Made by a program: the position numbers and the translations under genes. The notes below the pieces were generated by a model. The model worked only from the letters and a program-made list of their open reading frames with translations, was not told where the DNA came from and made no database searches. A stretch of 63,810 nt of DNA, counting the filler, from Vannella sp. (Eukaryota), in NCBI GenBank assembly GCA_023345925.1. It is 4 parts of 4 records of this genome, joined end to end, with 100 filler letters (N's around TTAATTAATTAA, not from the genome) between each part and the next. Parts side by side here need not be neighbours in the genome. Positions count along the whole stretch, not along the records: positions 23,991 to 52,216 come from JAJQQN010000925.1; 3 more parts are not named here. The stretch is one strand, 5' to 3'. Below, one piece after another: positions 34,175 through 46,328 of the stretch (within the stretch, counting starts at the first letter, position 1; the number at the start of each line of letters is the position of its first letter).

Positions 34175-35499
34175 TTAGTTGCCAATAGCTTCGAGAATGC
34201 TGTCGCTCACGTCACTTAAGTCACTCAGATTGTCCAAGTCATACTCGCCCAAGTCATCTTCGTCAGAAATGAACTCGTCGATCGAATTGAGCAGGCTTGA
34301 GCTGGCAATGGCTGGTGCCACTTTGGGCACTTTGGTTTCCGGTTTTTGCTCTGGTTCAGGGCGGGACTCCAAAGGCCGCTTCAGTCCCACTTGGTCGGGA
34401 TGAGGCGATGTCGTGGAAGGCTTGCTTATTAGCGAACTCAGATCCTTGACGCCAAAGTTGGTTGTCCCAGGAGTGTCGATTGGGGCCTTCTGTGGCACAG
34501 AATCCTTCTCGGGAGCCGGAGCCTTCTGGGGTACAGGGGCCTTCTGTGGGATGGGGACCGGAGCCTTCTGGGGTGCAGGGGCCTTCTGGGGTACAGGGGC
34601 CTTCTGTGGAGTTGCAGTTATCGTTGGAGGAGGAGAAGGTTGGCGAACGGGCTCCTGGTTGGCGAGGTCTTGCTTTGCGCGCATGATCTCCTCTACGGAC
34701 TTGACACCAAAGTTGGGGCTTTCAATCTGCTCTGTGAGTATGCCAGTCTTCAGTTTGTGACCGGATCGTGTTCCTTTTGGGCCCTTCTCGTTGAGCGGGG
34801 ACTTTTCGCGCTCCCTCTTCGTGCTATCCGTCTGCGGAGCTGATCTACTCAGCCTTGAAGGGTTTGGTGTTCTCCTCGGAGGGGATCTTGTTCGATCCGA
34901 TGGGTGTTGTCGCTCTTGTTCTCTGGGAGGTTGATCGCTCTGTCGGTGCGAGGTTTGGGGCCTTAATCCGCCTCGTGCTCCTCGATCTGATTTGGGGACG
35001 TTCAATGGGACACCGTGAGAGTTGAGAGGGACAGTGGGACCGTGAGAATAGGGACAGGAGGCTCCGTTAGTGCATTGTCCAAGAGGGAAGAACTTGCAGA
35101 GCGGACGCTCAGCGGTGGGGACACCAACACCATAGCCTCTGGTAGACGCGTGAAAGCCACCCCGAGAAGGTACTCCATAGCCTCTGGTAGACGCGTGAAA
35201 GCCACCCCGCGTAGGAGGCGGAAGGAAAGCTGGTTGCTGTTCAGGCTTTGGGTGACGAAGAGCACAGTCCGATTGGGTACATTGACCACTAGTCCAGGAG
35301 GAACACACTTTAGTCGTATTGCGAGCGTGTTCGCAATGCCGATACTCGCACGCATCCCCCTTTCACCCTCCCCGTCAACAGAACCGCCACCAACCTCTTA
35401 CCAACATACCTTTAAACACTCCTTACCCTCCGTAATGAAGTAGAAACAGTCCTGCTTGCCTTGTGCCCGACGAACACCCACAGCAGCCCCTCCCTCCAT
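34175..35499 (-). CDS. CCCH zinc-finger protein (ZC3H11-like N-terminus) with RGG-like and PQKAP repeats
   Basis: DCFYFIT..CLK/GDACEYRHCE..CSSWTSGQCTQSDCALRHP; further finger CKFFPLGQCTNGASCPYSH; RGGFHASTRGYGV x2; PQKAP(V/A) x5-6. Confidence 0.85.
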
Positions 35500-35607
35500 T
35501 CCAAGCAACAAATGAACCAAAAAAATATCGCAAAGAATGCATTTTAATTGAATCTTATAAATGGTGCCTTTGGGAGGGTTGGGAAGGTCATTACTTTGGG
35601 GGCGGTC

Positions 35608-38600
35608 ATGGGCGAGGGCCATTCGAAGTTGGAAGAGGCCGTGAGGTGTCCAGTGTCGACGAGTTTGCGCTCTTCTCATTCGGAGGTGGCGGTGAAGAGG
35701 AAGCGGAGGCACAAACTTCATCGTCGAAGAGCGCCAACGGAGCCACCAACTCGTTCCTCGTTGACTGTAAAGGAACAAGATGAAGGTGGAGGAGAGGCGC
35801 ACGCTCGGTCTTCTCGTTCCTCGGAGGATCGAGAGAGCACTCACTCGCAAATGGCCAACAGACGCGAGAAGGTCCTCAGGCAGTCATCAGCCAACATCGA
35901 GACTTCCACGATGACTCTGGTGGAGAAGAAGGATCGGCGGAAGCAGCTCAAACACACACCCGGAGTTCTCGACTTTCGACAGACTTTGAACCTCTCCAGT
36001 ACAGGATCAAGCCCTTCTCTCTCCCTTGGGAAGCCTCCAGCATCTCGAAGACACTCTCAGGTGGTCGAGAGACCGCCGCCCACGAAGCAGAAGCAGAACA
36101 AACCTCCTTCTAGCGACGCAGAAACTCGAACGCGCTCGGCGTCTCATCGGGGACCACTGGGAAGGAGAAAGAGACCAATCGGCCCGCCTTCGACTCTGCC
36201 AAGTGCTCCTCCAGGAGGAGGAGCCTATCTCACAGGTGAGCCGATAGAGGAAGATAGCGACAGCGTGGACTGGGATGCTCTTGACGCCTCAGAAGAACCC
36301 TCCGAAGAGGTTTCAAAGCCTGTTCGACACCAGAGGTCCAAGTCAGCGACTGCAGGTGCAGCGACTACAGGTGGGGCCTATCTCATGGAAGAGTTGGTTG
36401 AAGAGGATTGCGAAGACAGTGATAGTGTTGATTGGGATGCTTTGGACCACTCAGAAGTGGAAGAAGAGGAAGAAGAAAGTCTCTCCGAAGCTCCTGTCAA
36501 GGTAAGACTCTCTGCCAATCACAATTAGTCTCTGCTCACAGAATGGGCAGGCTCCCAAGGACTACTCTGATGTCCTTCGCTTCCTTACAACCATCGACAC
36601 AAGAGTCATGTGCGTGTTCTCCATTGGTTCCTCTTATCTACTGTTCTAATAGCTGGCTTTCAGGAATGAGATTGGGGTCCGAATGAGTCAGAGGATCCCC
36701 GGGTTCATGAAACATCTTCGTGCTGCAGTGGAAGATTACCAAGATGAGCTTCGTGCCTTGGGAGATTCTTTTTCTGATGAGGATAGCTCAGAGGAGGTTC
36801 CACAAAAGAGAGATCTCCGCTCTTCTGCAGCAAGAAGGATTGCTATTGGCTTAGAGGGGGATGACGATGACCGAGAAACGGCTCCTTTTGCCTCTTCCAC
36901 GTGTGGATATGATTGGAATCGACAGTTCCAGGCTATTATTAGTCAATTGAAGCTTCATGGTGACATTATGGAGCACCGAGTGCGCTGCTACCGCACTCTA
37001 AGTAACCTTGCCCTTGACTTTATCCATTGCGCCAAAGTTTATGGCCGCTTAATCATCTCAGAGGCGGCCACGCCTGATGCCAATAAGACCATTCTACCAA
37101 CCAAGATTGGGGGCTTTGCAGGAGGAGACAAATACATTGTCAACAACATTCTCTTCAAGTTCGCCGTCGACTCCCAGAACATGTTCGACTTTGAAGAGGC
37201 TGCCCACAAGATTGCTGGTCACGACTTGTAAGAAATCTCCAGCGGCTGGAGTAGTGAGAGACTATGTGGCTCACTTTGGAACAGGAAAGGGCTGATTAGC
37301 TACTTTAACTTGGGTATAGCTGATATGTACTTTCCTCTGATGGCTTTGGTTGATTATTTGGGGTATCGCCTGATTGCTATTTCCGTCCTTCCCATCACCA
37401 AAGAGACTATTGTGTATGGTTCATCCGATGCAGCGGTTCATGTGTGCAACAGCAGTGAGGAGCTTCAGCGGAAGATGATCTTGTCCGGGCAAATGCTGAA
37501 CCTGAAGAAACATTTGGTTGGGCTGACACCAGAAAATCAGGTTGAATTGTACTCCGCAGGGGACCTTGAAGGCCACAAAGTCAACGACGACTTCTATTTA
37601 CTTGACTTTTCTCGCGCTTTCCCTCCTTGCACATACGACCGAAGGTAAGGAAAGACTATCCATCAAGACTGTTTGCTTAATTCTCTTCTAGTAAGAGGAA
37701 TAGTTATCTCTTCCGCTTGTTGCGACCGGAGTTTGTGAAGAGCTACAAAATTCCTCTTTGCTCTGATGCATACAGTGGGTTCGTTACTGTGGATGCGCAA
37801 GTGCACATTCAAGAAGTAGAAGAAGCTACCCGAGTCCTACTTGATGAAGAAGTTCCAAAAGTGGCTCGCATGTTAGATGCTTTGGATGAAAGGAAGAAGG
37901 AGCAGGTCAACCTCAAGGAATTCCTCCACGAGAATGGCATCAACCTCCGGTACATGGGCCTGATAAGGCACCATGTCAAGACACCGAGTATCAAAGGAAT
38001 GATCTTCATTCACATGCTAGCGCGGGTCATCAAACACCAAATCCGGAGGAAGATGCGCGAACAAATGCGAAAATGGAAGCTCCCTCTGGAGCACACTTGC
38101 CGGCAACATGTCATCAGCTATCTGAATCTTGTGTTTGGCTCGTCCGAAGAATCAGATGCCCATTTCGATGAGATCCTCGGCCCTCGCATGTGCGAGAGCT
38201 TCCTGGATGCACTCGAAACAGAGGAACGGGAAAAGCCGCTCAAGAAGATGCTAACCCCACAGAACTTGTGTGAGTTGTTCCTTCTCGTTCAGGAGATGAC
38301 TGCACTTCAATTCACAAGCAACGCTCTTCGTGAATTCTCGACGGACAGCTCTATTTACGCTTACAAGTCTCCTTTCCATCTTACTGAGCTGTTGGAAATG
38401 GGTGTGCGTGTAAGGCATTTGAATATTGTCGCACTGGCTCAAGGTTATGTCTTAAAGAATGGCGCAAGGAGTAATTCTTCTGCAGAGAATGCCACCCGTT
38501 TATGTGAGCTGGCTAAGATCAAGTTTAAACAAGCGCTGGAAGACAATCCAGGAGATAAGAGAGCTCTCAGTGAATTGGCAGATACTTCAGCTATTCTCAA

Positions 38601-38931
38601 TGATTACCAGGGCGCTCGCGAGTACTATTTACGGGCCATAGCTATCGACCAAAAGGATGTGAACACACTATTCCGCTACGCGGTGTTCTTGGAGGACAAG
38701 ATGAAGCTCATGCCAGAGGCGGAAGAGTTTTATCTTCGCACTCTGGAGTCCAATCCCCGCCATGATCACTGCCTACAACGCTACGGCCACTTTCTGGAAT
38801 GCCAAGGTGACCCTGACGAAGCTGAGAAGTTTTTCATCCGGGCCAGCGAGATCCGTGGCGAACGCATTCGGGGAGGTGGGGAAGATGCCCCGCGTGTGGG
38901 GAACATTGTCACTGAAGGCTTCATCTTCTAA
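35608..38931 (+). CDS. Clu-domain protein with central CLU region and C-terminal TPRs; disordered N-terminus; multi-exon
   Basis: DWNRQFQ, DFIHCAKVYGRLIISE, GGFAGGDKYIVNNILFKF, PLMALVDYLGYRLIAISVLPI, DLEGH..YLLDFSRAFPP, LRPEFV, LHENGINLRYMG; TPR-like AREYYLRAI. Start is uncertain. Confidence 0.88.
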
Positions 38932-39164
38932 CACACATGACTGAGGAAGTCTTTTCTACACTAAAATCCTCCCCAACAAGGCACTATCACTTGTCACTTG
39001 GGGATGAGGAGACAACGAGGGTAAACGCAACAGTTTCAACGTTTTCTGATGTTCATCCCATGAGCTTCATTGCTCCAGATCGACGTTTCTTTGACGAACT
39101 GAAACTCCTGCTCAGTTCCCTCCTCTATCAGTTCCTCTTCCCGCCATTTCCTCTTCCCCTTCGG

Positions 39165-40457
39165 ATGGAAGAAGCGGTGACTTGCGGGGTCTGTTTGGAG
39201 TTCTACAAGGATCCGCGGAGTCTACCTTGTGGGCACACGTTCTGTTTTAGATGCATTTGTGGGTGGCATAAGGGAGCCAGTTTGGTCTGTCCTTTGTGCA
39301 TGTCGGAGGCTTTGGGGACTCCGACGGCCTTGCCAAAGAACTTTACCGTGCAGGAAGTGCTGGATTCGTTTCACCAGCAGTCTGCTGTTGCTACGGTTGC
39401 GCCACAGTCTGAGATACCGGGTGGGTGTGGTGCGTGTGGGAAGGCAACCAGTTTGTACTGCACGGAATGTCTTCAACGGGTGTGCAAAGACTGCAAGGAG
39501 AAGCATGAAAGATCTCCTTTGTCTTCAAGGCACCCACCTCTTGTTAGCATCAGGCTAGACCAGTGCCAAGTGCACGTCCTCTCCCTGGACTTCTTTTGTT
39601 CGCATTGTCGCCAAACTCTCTGCACCAGATGCGCCGAGAACCATCCTCATGAGGTTTGTGGAGTCAAGGAGGTCATCACTCAAAGGAAATACTTCCTGCG
39701 GTCCATTTATGACGTTTCTCCTCTTGAGAATGAGTTGACTCAGGAGGTTTCCCACTTGGAAACGCTTCTAGCTCAGCATGACACGATGCAGGCAGAGATG
39801 AATTCGTTCCTCTCTTCTGCAGAGGCGCTAAGGGAGGAGATTGCAAAGAATGAGTCTCTTCAATTGATTTCTCTTTCCCGGAAAGACGCGCTTTGCCACT
39901 CCCTGGCACCACTTGCTGATGATAATGACTTGTTAGATCAACCAACATTCAACCGAATGATCCAAGAGGCAACCAGACGAAAGCTCGCCCAACAGACAGC
40001 GAAAGTTCGGTTTCCTCACAAAGTCGAGCCGTTTGGTCTGTCTTCATCTGACACATCATCAAAAGGCGGGAAGCGGTTCAGCAAAGGCTCCATAACATCC
40101 AGAGCGGGCCAAAAGGTGACTTTTGACTTCCATTGTGTCGGAGGGGATCTTCAAGAGGGCGCTGAAGTCAAAGCGGGGGAGCACTTTGTGCAGATTTGGA
40201 AGGTTGTGAATACTGGCACAGCAACGTGGACTTCTGGAATGGATTTGGTGCGCACAGCAGGAGCCCAGATCCACTACACTGTTGGAGAACTTCCTCTCCT
40301 CGCTCCAGGAGAGACTGGCGAGCTCCAAGTCCGATTCATCGCACCCAAACCTCAAGGAAACTACATTTGCCACTTCCGACTCCGCCTTCCTGACACCAAA
40401 GCGATTGGACCTCGTCTATGGATCGACATTCAAGTCCTCCCTCCCGAAGCGGCATGA
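39165..40457 (+). CDS. TRIM-like RING/B-box/B-box/coiled-coil protein with C-terminal NBR1-FW (Ig-like) domain
   Basis: CGVCLEFYKDPRSLPCGHTFCFRC..CPLC; B-boxes CGAC..YCTECLQRVCKDC and CQVH..FFCSHCRQTLCTRC..H; FVQIWKVVNTGTATW..LAPGETGELQVRFIAP..GNYICHFRL..GPRLWIDIQV. Confidence 0.88.
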   Translation: MEEAVTCGVCLEFYKDPRSLPCGHTFCFRCICGWHKGASLVCPLCMSEALGTPTALPKNFTVQEVLDSFHQQSAVATVAPQSEIPGGCGACGKATSLYCTECLQRVCKDCKEKHERSPLSSRHPPLVSIRLDQCQVHVLSLDFFCSHCRQTLCTRCAENHPHEVCGVKEVITQRKYFLRSIYDVSPLENELTQEVSHLETLLAQHDTMQAEMNSFLSSAEALREEIAKNESLQLISLSRKDALCHSLAPLADDNDLLDQPTFNRMIQEATRRKLAQQTAKVRFPHKVEPFGLSSSDTSSKGGKRFSKGSITSRAGQKVTFDFHCVGGDLQEGAEVKAGEHFVQIWKVVNTGTATWTSGMDLVRTAGAQIHYTVGELPLLAPGETGELQVRFIAPKPQGNYICHFRLRLPDTKAIGPRLWIDIQVLPPEAA

Positions 40458-40531
40458 GGAGGCGCTCATCTTTGAGTTCCCCGCTTGTTTGGCGTACGCG
40501 TGCTTGTTGGTGCATTAAACAGCTCATTTGG

Positions 40532-43500
40532 ATGGATTCGGAGACCAGTGAGAGGGCGGACCGATTGGAGGTCGAGAGCGTCTTTGCGGAGCTGTTTCGG
40601 GGGACTGATGAGGTTCCTCTGGAGGCGGAGGAGGGCTGGTTTTCTCTTCATGTTCGGACAGAGAGGTCGGCTCCGCTTCTGGGGAAGAGCGAAGGAAAAC
40701 AGGTTCGGGGGGCGGCTTCGCACACATTCTTTGGCTCGTCCACCCTTCGCATTCCAGTTCAGAGCTCTTTTACGATCTGGATGGTGAAGGTGACTCTGTT
40801 TGATCGTATGAGAGGCGCGGAAGGCTTTGATCCTCCTTCTCTCTCCCTTTTTCTTCCCAACTCACAAGAGCCACTCCACGTGCGTCCTCCTTTCATTCCA
40901 TTGACGATCACTCATCTTATCTCTTCAGAATGAGATCGTCATCGCCTCACTGAGCCTTGATTCAGGGAGAGCTCTGGTAGCCGTACCTTCTGCAGCTCAA
41001 TACACGACCAAGCGAAGTAGGTTGATGTTCTCCGTCCGCGTCATCGCTTACATATAGATAGAGTTCATTGGTGGACGCTCAAAGTCGTCCCGCTGCCATC
41101 CTGCACTGACATTTGCGATCGGAAGGGGGTTAACAAGGGGTGTTGTGGGCTTCCCTTGCACGTTCTCCGTCTTCCCAGTAAGCAAGAACGAAAGGTACAT
41201 CCCAAGCTTAGATAGCAAGTTCTCTGTCCGCCTCCAGCTGACGAGAGTTGCTGCACAAGCTTCCTCGGCTCCACTCCCAAGTGCAGAGTGCAAACAGGAC
41301 AAACAGGGTCGTACTTGCGTCTCCTTCGTACCCCACATAGCTGGAGAGTACCTTGTCCACGTCACCTACAAGAAACAGCCCATCGCCCTCAGTCCCTTCG
41401 AACTGATCGTTCTCGACGTGGAACACACCGAAGGAGGCATCAGAGAGATGGCCTTTAGTGGATGGGAGGCAGAGGCAGCTTCTGTACTCTCACACCTGTC
41501 TGAGGACCCTTCACAGTACGATCTGGTCTTCGGAGTGGGAATGACCGCTCTCCTTCATCTCTTTAACTCCAGCGAGGAGGTCATCCAACGTGATATGGGA
41601 CAGATACTTAGTCACTTGCTTCATACAGAAGAGAACCAGATCCGCCTGGCAACCGAAGGAAGCATCCACTTTGTAGAAAAAGTCCTCCGGAACCCTTACT
41701 GGCTTGGGAACGAGACGATATGCACCTTTGTAGGGCGTCTAGTCTCCTTTGCACTGGAGACAAACACCTCCTTCCGAATGCGCTTCCTGGGCAACGTTGG
41801 GGTCGAGCCACTCCTCTCTATGGCATACAGTTCGGGCATAGAGAGCGTTCGATACGCTGTCAAGTCTCTCTTCGTCCTGTCCGTTCACACGGATAACATT
41901 GCCGCACTATTAGCGCATGGACTCTTCGTAGAAGCCATAATTCACCTTCTTTCGACGGAAGATGTGATTACGAAACGATATACTCTTCACACTTTCTACA
42001 ATTTGACCAAGTCAGAGTCGTTTGTCAACTCTCTGACCCAAAGAAAGGTGAATATTCTCATGCAACAAGTCAATTCGGAGGACCGTCGACTCAAATTGGA
42101 TATTTTAATCATTCTTGTTCAAGTGGCTTCTGCTTTGGTGACCAAATCGTTTATAGAAACGGATGTTTACTCTCATGTTTATGGGTGCTTGACACTGCAG
42201 TCTGTTGTACAAGGCTGGGACATTCCTGTGGATGCAAGTGAAGATGTAATTGAATCCATTCTTACCAATGACCCTGGGGATTCTGAAAGCAAGATCCAAC
42301 ACAGTCTTAATGTGGCCACTCTCAGATTCTTTGCTGTTGTCTTTGAGAACGCCTCTCGTCCGGAAGCTGGAGGAATTGCTGACCACATTTGTGAATTTGC
42401 TGAAGGCGATGTTCTGAGGACCATTTGCAAGTTGGCAGGTTCTGTGGATATCCGTATACAGAAAGAAGCATGCAAGATTCTCTGTTACATGGCAGAGCAC
42501 CGAGAATGTGGGCAGAAGATTGTAGACACGGATGGAATCCTTTGGATGCTCGGGTCTTTCCCCCATATCGATGTGCAAAAGCAGAAATACTTATTTGGCA
42601 CTCTCGCTCGACTTTCCTACTACTTCAATTCCTCCTTTGAGCTGCCTGATGAGGCGTTGATTGACCAATTGCTGGAGTTTGTTCTTTCATCTGACCGCTA
42701 TTTGCAGGAGCGGGCAATCACCTGCCTAGCTCATTTAGCTCAGAGTGATATCTATAGAGATGATCTTCTGCGTGACACCAAACTCCTTCACATTATCCTG
42801 GAGAACGCACGAAGCCAAGATCTTAACTTACATTCCCAAGACATCCAATGGGCTCAGATCCAGTTTCCAGAAGAGGAGGTTGATCTTTCTGGGGGTATTG
42901 CTCTCAATAGAGTACTCCAGTGCAAAGTCAATGGAGTATCATACGCTATTAAGCAATTTGACGTGAACGACATTCAGTTTAGCCTGAAAGAGTTTCGCTC
43001 AGAAGTGGCAATTATGAGTCTATTACGGCATGACAACATTGTTAATGCTGTCAGTGCGTGCACTAGAAGACCTAACCTCTTCATCCTTTCGGAGCTATTC
43101 ACGAGGGGGAGTCTTGTAGGCTTCTTGAAGAGCCCAGAATTCTCCTTTTCTCGAGGAGTTCGCGTTCTCTTGGATGCAGCGAGAGGACTTTCATTCCTTC
43201 ATTCCCGTGGAATCATTCATCGAGATGTTAAGCCAGGCAATATCCTTATCCGCCAGAACTATAGCGCTGCAGTGACCGATTTTGGAACATCGCGAGTCCG
43301 ACAGGACCGAATGACACCTACTGTCGGCACTGCACTTTACATGGCGCCTGACCTTGTCGAATCTTCAAACTATACCGAGAAGGCGGACATCTACAGCTTT
43401 GCTGTGGTCATGTGGGAGGTCATGGAGCGGGTTTATCCGTTCCCACCTTCGCTTCAACCAATCGAAATCATCTTCCAAGTGAAGGCAGGGATGCGGCCAG

Positions 43501-44771
43501 CCTTCTCCTTTGAGAGTCCTCTCCACAATCTCATTGAATCATGTTGGAATGCAGATCCCATTGAGCGTCCTACAGCTGGGGCTGTTGTAGAGCGACTGGA
43601 AGCTATCCTTCGGGATTATAGTGACTTTGACTTACCTGCACCGACGTCCCTGACTCCCATTTCTGGGTTGCAAATGGACCTTTCTTCTATTAGGCGGAAC
43701 GGCGGAGGGTCAGACTTGGCACCTCCATCTCATAGAGCTCGCAAGCTTGTGGACATTCAAGAGCCACGTTCAGCTCGTTCTCCTCGTGCAGAAGTGACAT
43801 CACCCCGGGCTAAAGCTGGTAGTCGAGGCCTAATCTCTCGTCTGATATCACGGAAGTCACTCTCAGAGAAGGTGAACGCCCCTGCTGAACGCAGCGAAGT
43901 GGCTCAAGTCAGCTCCTCTGAGGGCTCTTTGGAGGGTGAGGTTCAGGTAGAGGGAAAGGAAGAAAAGAGGCGAACGCACCGATCAAAGAGAAGGCGAACA
44001 ACGAAGGAGGAAGTGCCTGAAGGCGGAGCTATCAGCGAAGGTCTCAGTGAGAGGGACTCCCAAACGGCAAGGGCCATACGAAGGAAGAAACGGAAAGACA
44101 AAGCTACGGGTGTTGAAAGAAAGCACAGGAAGAGGGACCCACTCAACACTTCTCCAGAACCAGCCAGCGACTCAGACCCAATGGTCAATGAGGAGGCTCT
44201 CTCCCAAGTAGCAGTAGAACCCCTTTATCCTTCAGAACTGTACTGCCCTTCTGTTGGAGAAGGTCAATGTAGCCCGCGGTCGGTTGATAACGAGAAATCT
44301 CTTCTCCACAGCGAAGGCTCTGAAACCACGGAACTCCACAATGCAGTATCCAATGATAGTTCACTGATACAAGATGCCTCCAAGGAGGCACTGAGTGAAG
44401 GAGAAGCTAAACCCCGCGCTGTTCACTCACAAATGACAGAGAACGCTCCGGTTGCACCTATTCAGCGTCGTGCCACAGCAGATAACATAGACTGGGCCCC
44501 AGGAGCATCTGAGAGTAGCCCTCTTATCCCCAAGAAGGTGCGGAGAGCTGCTGAATCGAGCAATCCGGGGGTTGTGTTACCGCGAACCGACTCTTCCCCA
44601 GAGGCCCCAAAGGGGCGGAGTCTTTCCGTCATTGAAAGAGGAGAGTCTTTTGATTCTTCTGCCAGTGACAACGTGTATCTTCGCTCTCAGCAGGCTGCGT
44701 GTGAAGCACGTGCAACTGCCGCGGCCTTGTCCAAGCGCTTTGAACCACACCCTCGTCCACACCAAAGCTGA
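40532..44771 (+). CDS. Tyrosine-kinase-like (TKL) protein kinase with filamin-type Ig repeat(s) and ARM repeats; 5' exons approximate
   Basis: Filamin motif GEYLVHVTYKKQPIALSPF; long helical ARM-like region; YAIK, FRSEVAIMS, HRDVKPGN, DFG, GTALYMAPD, DIYSFAVVMWE, CWNADPIERP. Confidence 0.88.
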
Positions 44772-44942
44772 AAAGATTAGGAAGGTACTCGCTACATAAA
44801 AGGAAAAACGACAAAATCCACACCGGCCGTTTCTAAACTTGGATGTTTTCCCATAAAGAGGCGAAACGTGGACAACACCCTTTCTTAATCGGGGTAGCCG
44901 CCCTTATTCGGTCGGGCACACTTCCTGCTCTCATCGTGAACC

Positions 44943-45629
44943 ATGCCACGGCTCAACATGGAAAAAAGCCCTGAAGGTCTCGTTGTTGAAGGTGATCGGC
45001 ATTCCTTACGATTTGACGATTTGGCCCAGTTCTTCCACCTCCCGTTAGGAACAGCGTGTTCCCATCTGGGAATCGGCGGAACTGTCTTCAAGAAGATCTG
45101 TCGCAAGAACGGTATACCGAGGTGGCCTCATCGAAAGCTGTGCAGCATTGACAAGACCATCTCCACGCTGGAAGAGAGGATCACATCTGAATCAGCGGAT
45201 GAGAAGGCGGTTACTCAAGCCCAGATCGAACAACTCAAGTCAGAGAAGCACTCTATCATGACTGTCGCTCCTGGGTGCCCAAAAGATGACAGCCCCATCA
45301 AGAGACCGACCAACCTGACCTTCATGCAGTGGGAACCTAACCCTGTTACGAAAGTTACCGCTCCTCCCACTTCAACAAGCAGTCCCTTCATTACGTACGA
45401 TTTCCCTACGTCAGCACCAAGCAGTGTCTCTCCCCCCGCCCTGTTCAGCTGGGAGCCTCCAACAGATGAGAGACCCCGAAGGCAGACTCCCTCGCCTCCT
45501 TTGTTTCTTGAGCCCAATCTCGACTTCCAGGTGACCTCTTACGGGCTGGTGAGATCATGGCAGCTCCCTTCTCTTCGACACCATGCTAAAGACTCCCAAC
45601 GCCGGTATAGCGGCGCTTTCGGAATGTAA
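44943..45629 (+). CDS. RWP-RK domain transcription factor
   Basis: LAQFFHLPLGTACSHLGIGGTVFKKICRKNGIPRWPHRKL. Confidence 0.95.
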   Translation: MPRLNMEKSPEGLVVEGDRHSLRFDDLAQFFHLPLGTACSHLGIGGTVFKKICRKNGIPRWPHRKLCSIDKTISTLEERITSESADEKAVTQAQIEQLKSEKHSIMTVAPGCPKDDSPIKRPTNLTFMQWEPNPVTKVTAPPTSTSSPFITYDFPTSAPSSVSPPALFSWEPPTDERPRRQTPSPPLFLEPNLDFQVTSYGLVRSWQLPSLRHHAKDSQRRYSGAFGM

Positions 45630-45795
45630 AACATTGTAATACACTAATTATTTCGACTCACGAGCTGGTCAGAAGTCCCATAAGCAAACAAACCTCAGTC
45701 ATCCCCGAAATAGCTCTTTCGGCGAATTTTCTGAAAGTTGGGAGGAAAATGGGGAATCGACGTGGCGAACGCCATTCTCTTATTCCCTTCACCTG

Positions 45796-46263
45796 ATGGC
45801 AGTCGAGTGCTGGAGTTCACTTCATCGCCTGGTTGTTGCAGGAATCTATCAACAGGAGGTTTATGACAGTCTGAGAGGGGAAGTGGACTTGTTGACGCCC
45901 AGCGGGAACAGTACTCTTCATCTTGCGTGCACGCAAGAGAACGACGATGTATTTATTCACCTTCTAAACGCTGACGCTGATGTCAACGCCACCAACAAAT
46001 CAGGAGAGACACCTCTTCACTGGGTCTGCCGTTCCCAAAGGTCCTCTTGGGTCAAAACCCTCCTCAAATGTGGAGCCTCCCTCTCCGCCATTGATGCTCA
46101 AGGAGACCCACCTCTCCACTGGGCTATCGAAGCAGATAACCCACGCATCACACGCCTCCTCCTCTCCCGAGGAGCGTCCCCATACGTGGTCAACCGCGCA
46201 GGACAACAAGCCGCTGATGTCGCTGATTTTTGGGACTCAACTCGTTGCCGCCCACTCTTGTGA
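45796..46263 (+). CDS. Small ankyrin-repeat protein
   Basis: GNSTLHLAC, GETPLHWVC, GDPPLHWAI. Confidence 0.93.
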   Translation: MAVECWSSLHRLVVAGIYQQEVYDSLRGEVDLLTPSGNSTLHLACTQENDDVFIHLLNADADVNATNKSGETPLHWVCRSQRSSWVKTLLKCGASLSAIDAQGDPPLHWAIEADNPRITRLLLSRGASPYVVNRAGQQAADVADFWDSTRCRPLL

Positions 46264-46328
46264 ATTGCTCCATCATGTTAATCGTATTTAAATCTAATTT
46301 ATGAGCCAATTTGACTATTTTTTATCCG

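Noticed and set aside
38937..39164. N-terminal extension of the TRIM-like ORF
   Set aside because: It begins 6 bp after the upstream stop and looks like UTR/promoter sequence; the ATG at 39165 directly precedes the RING, as is typical.
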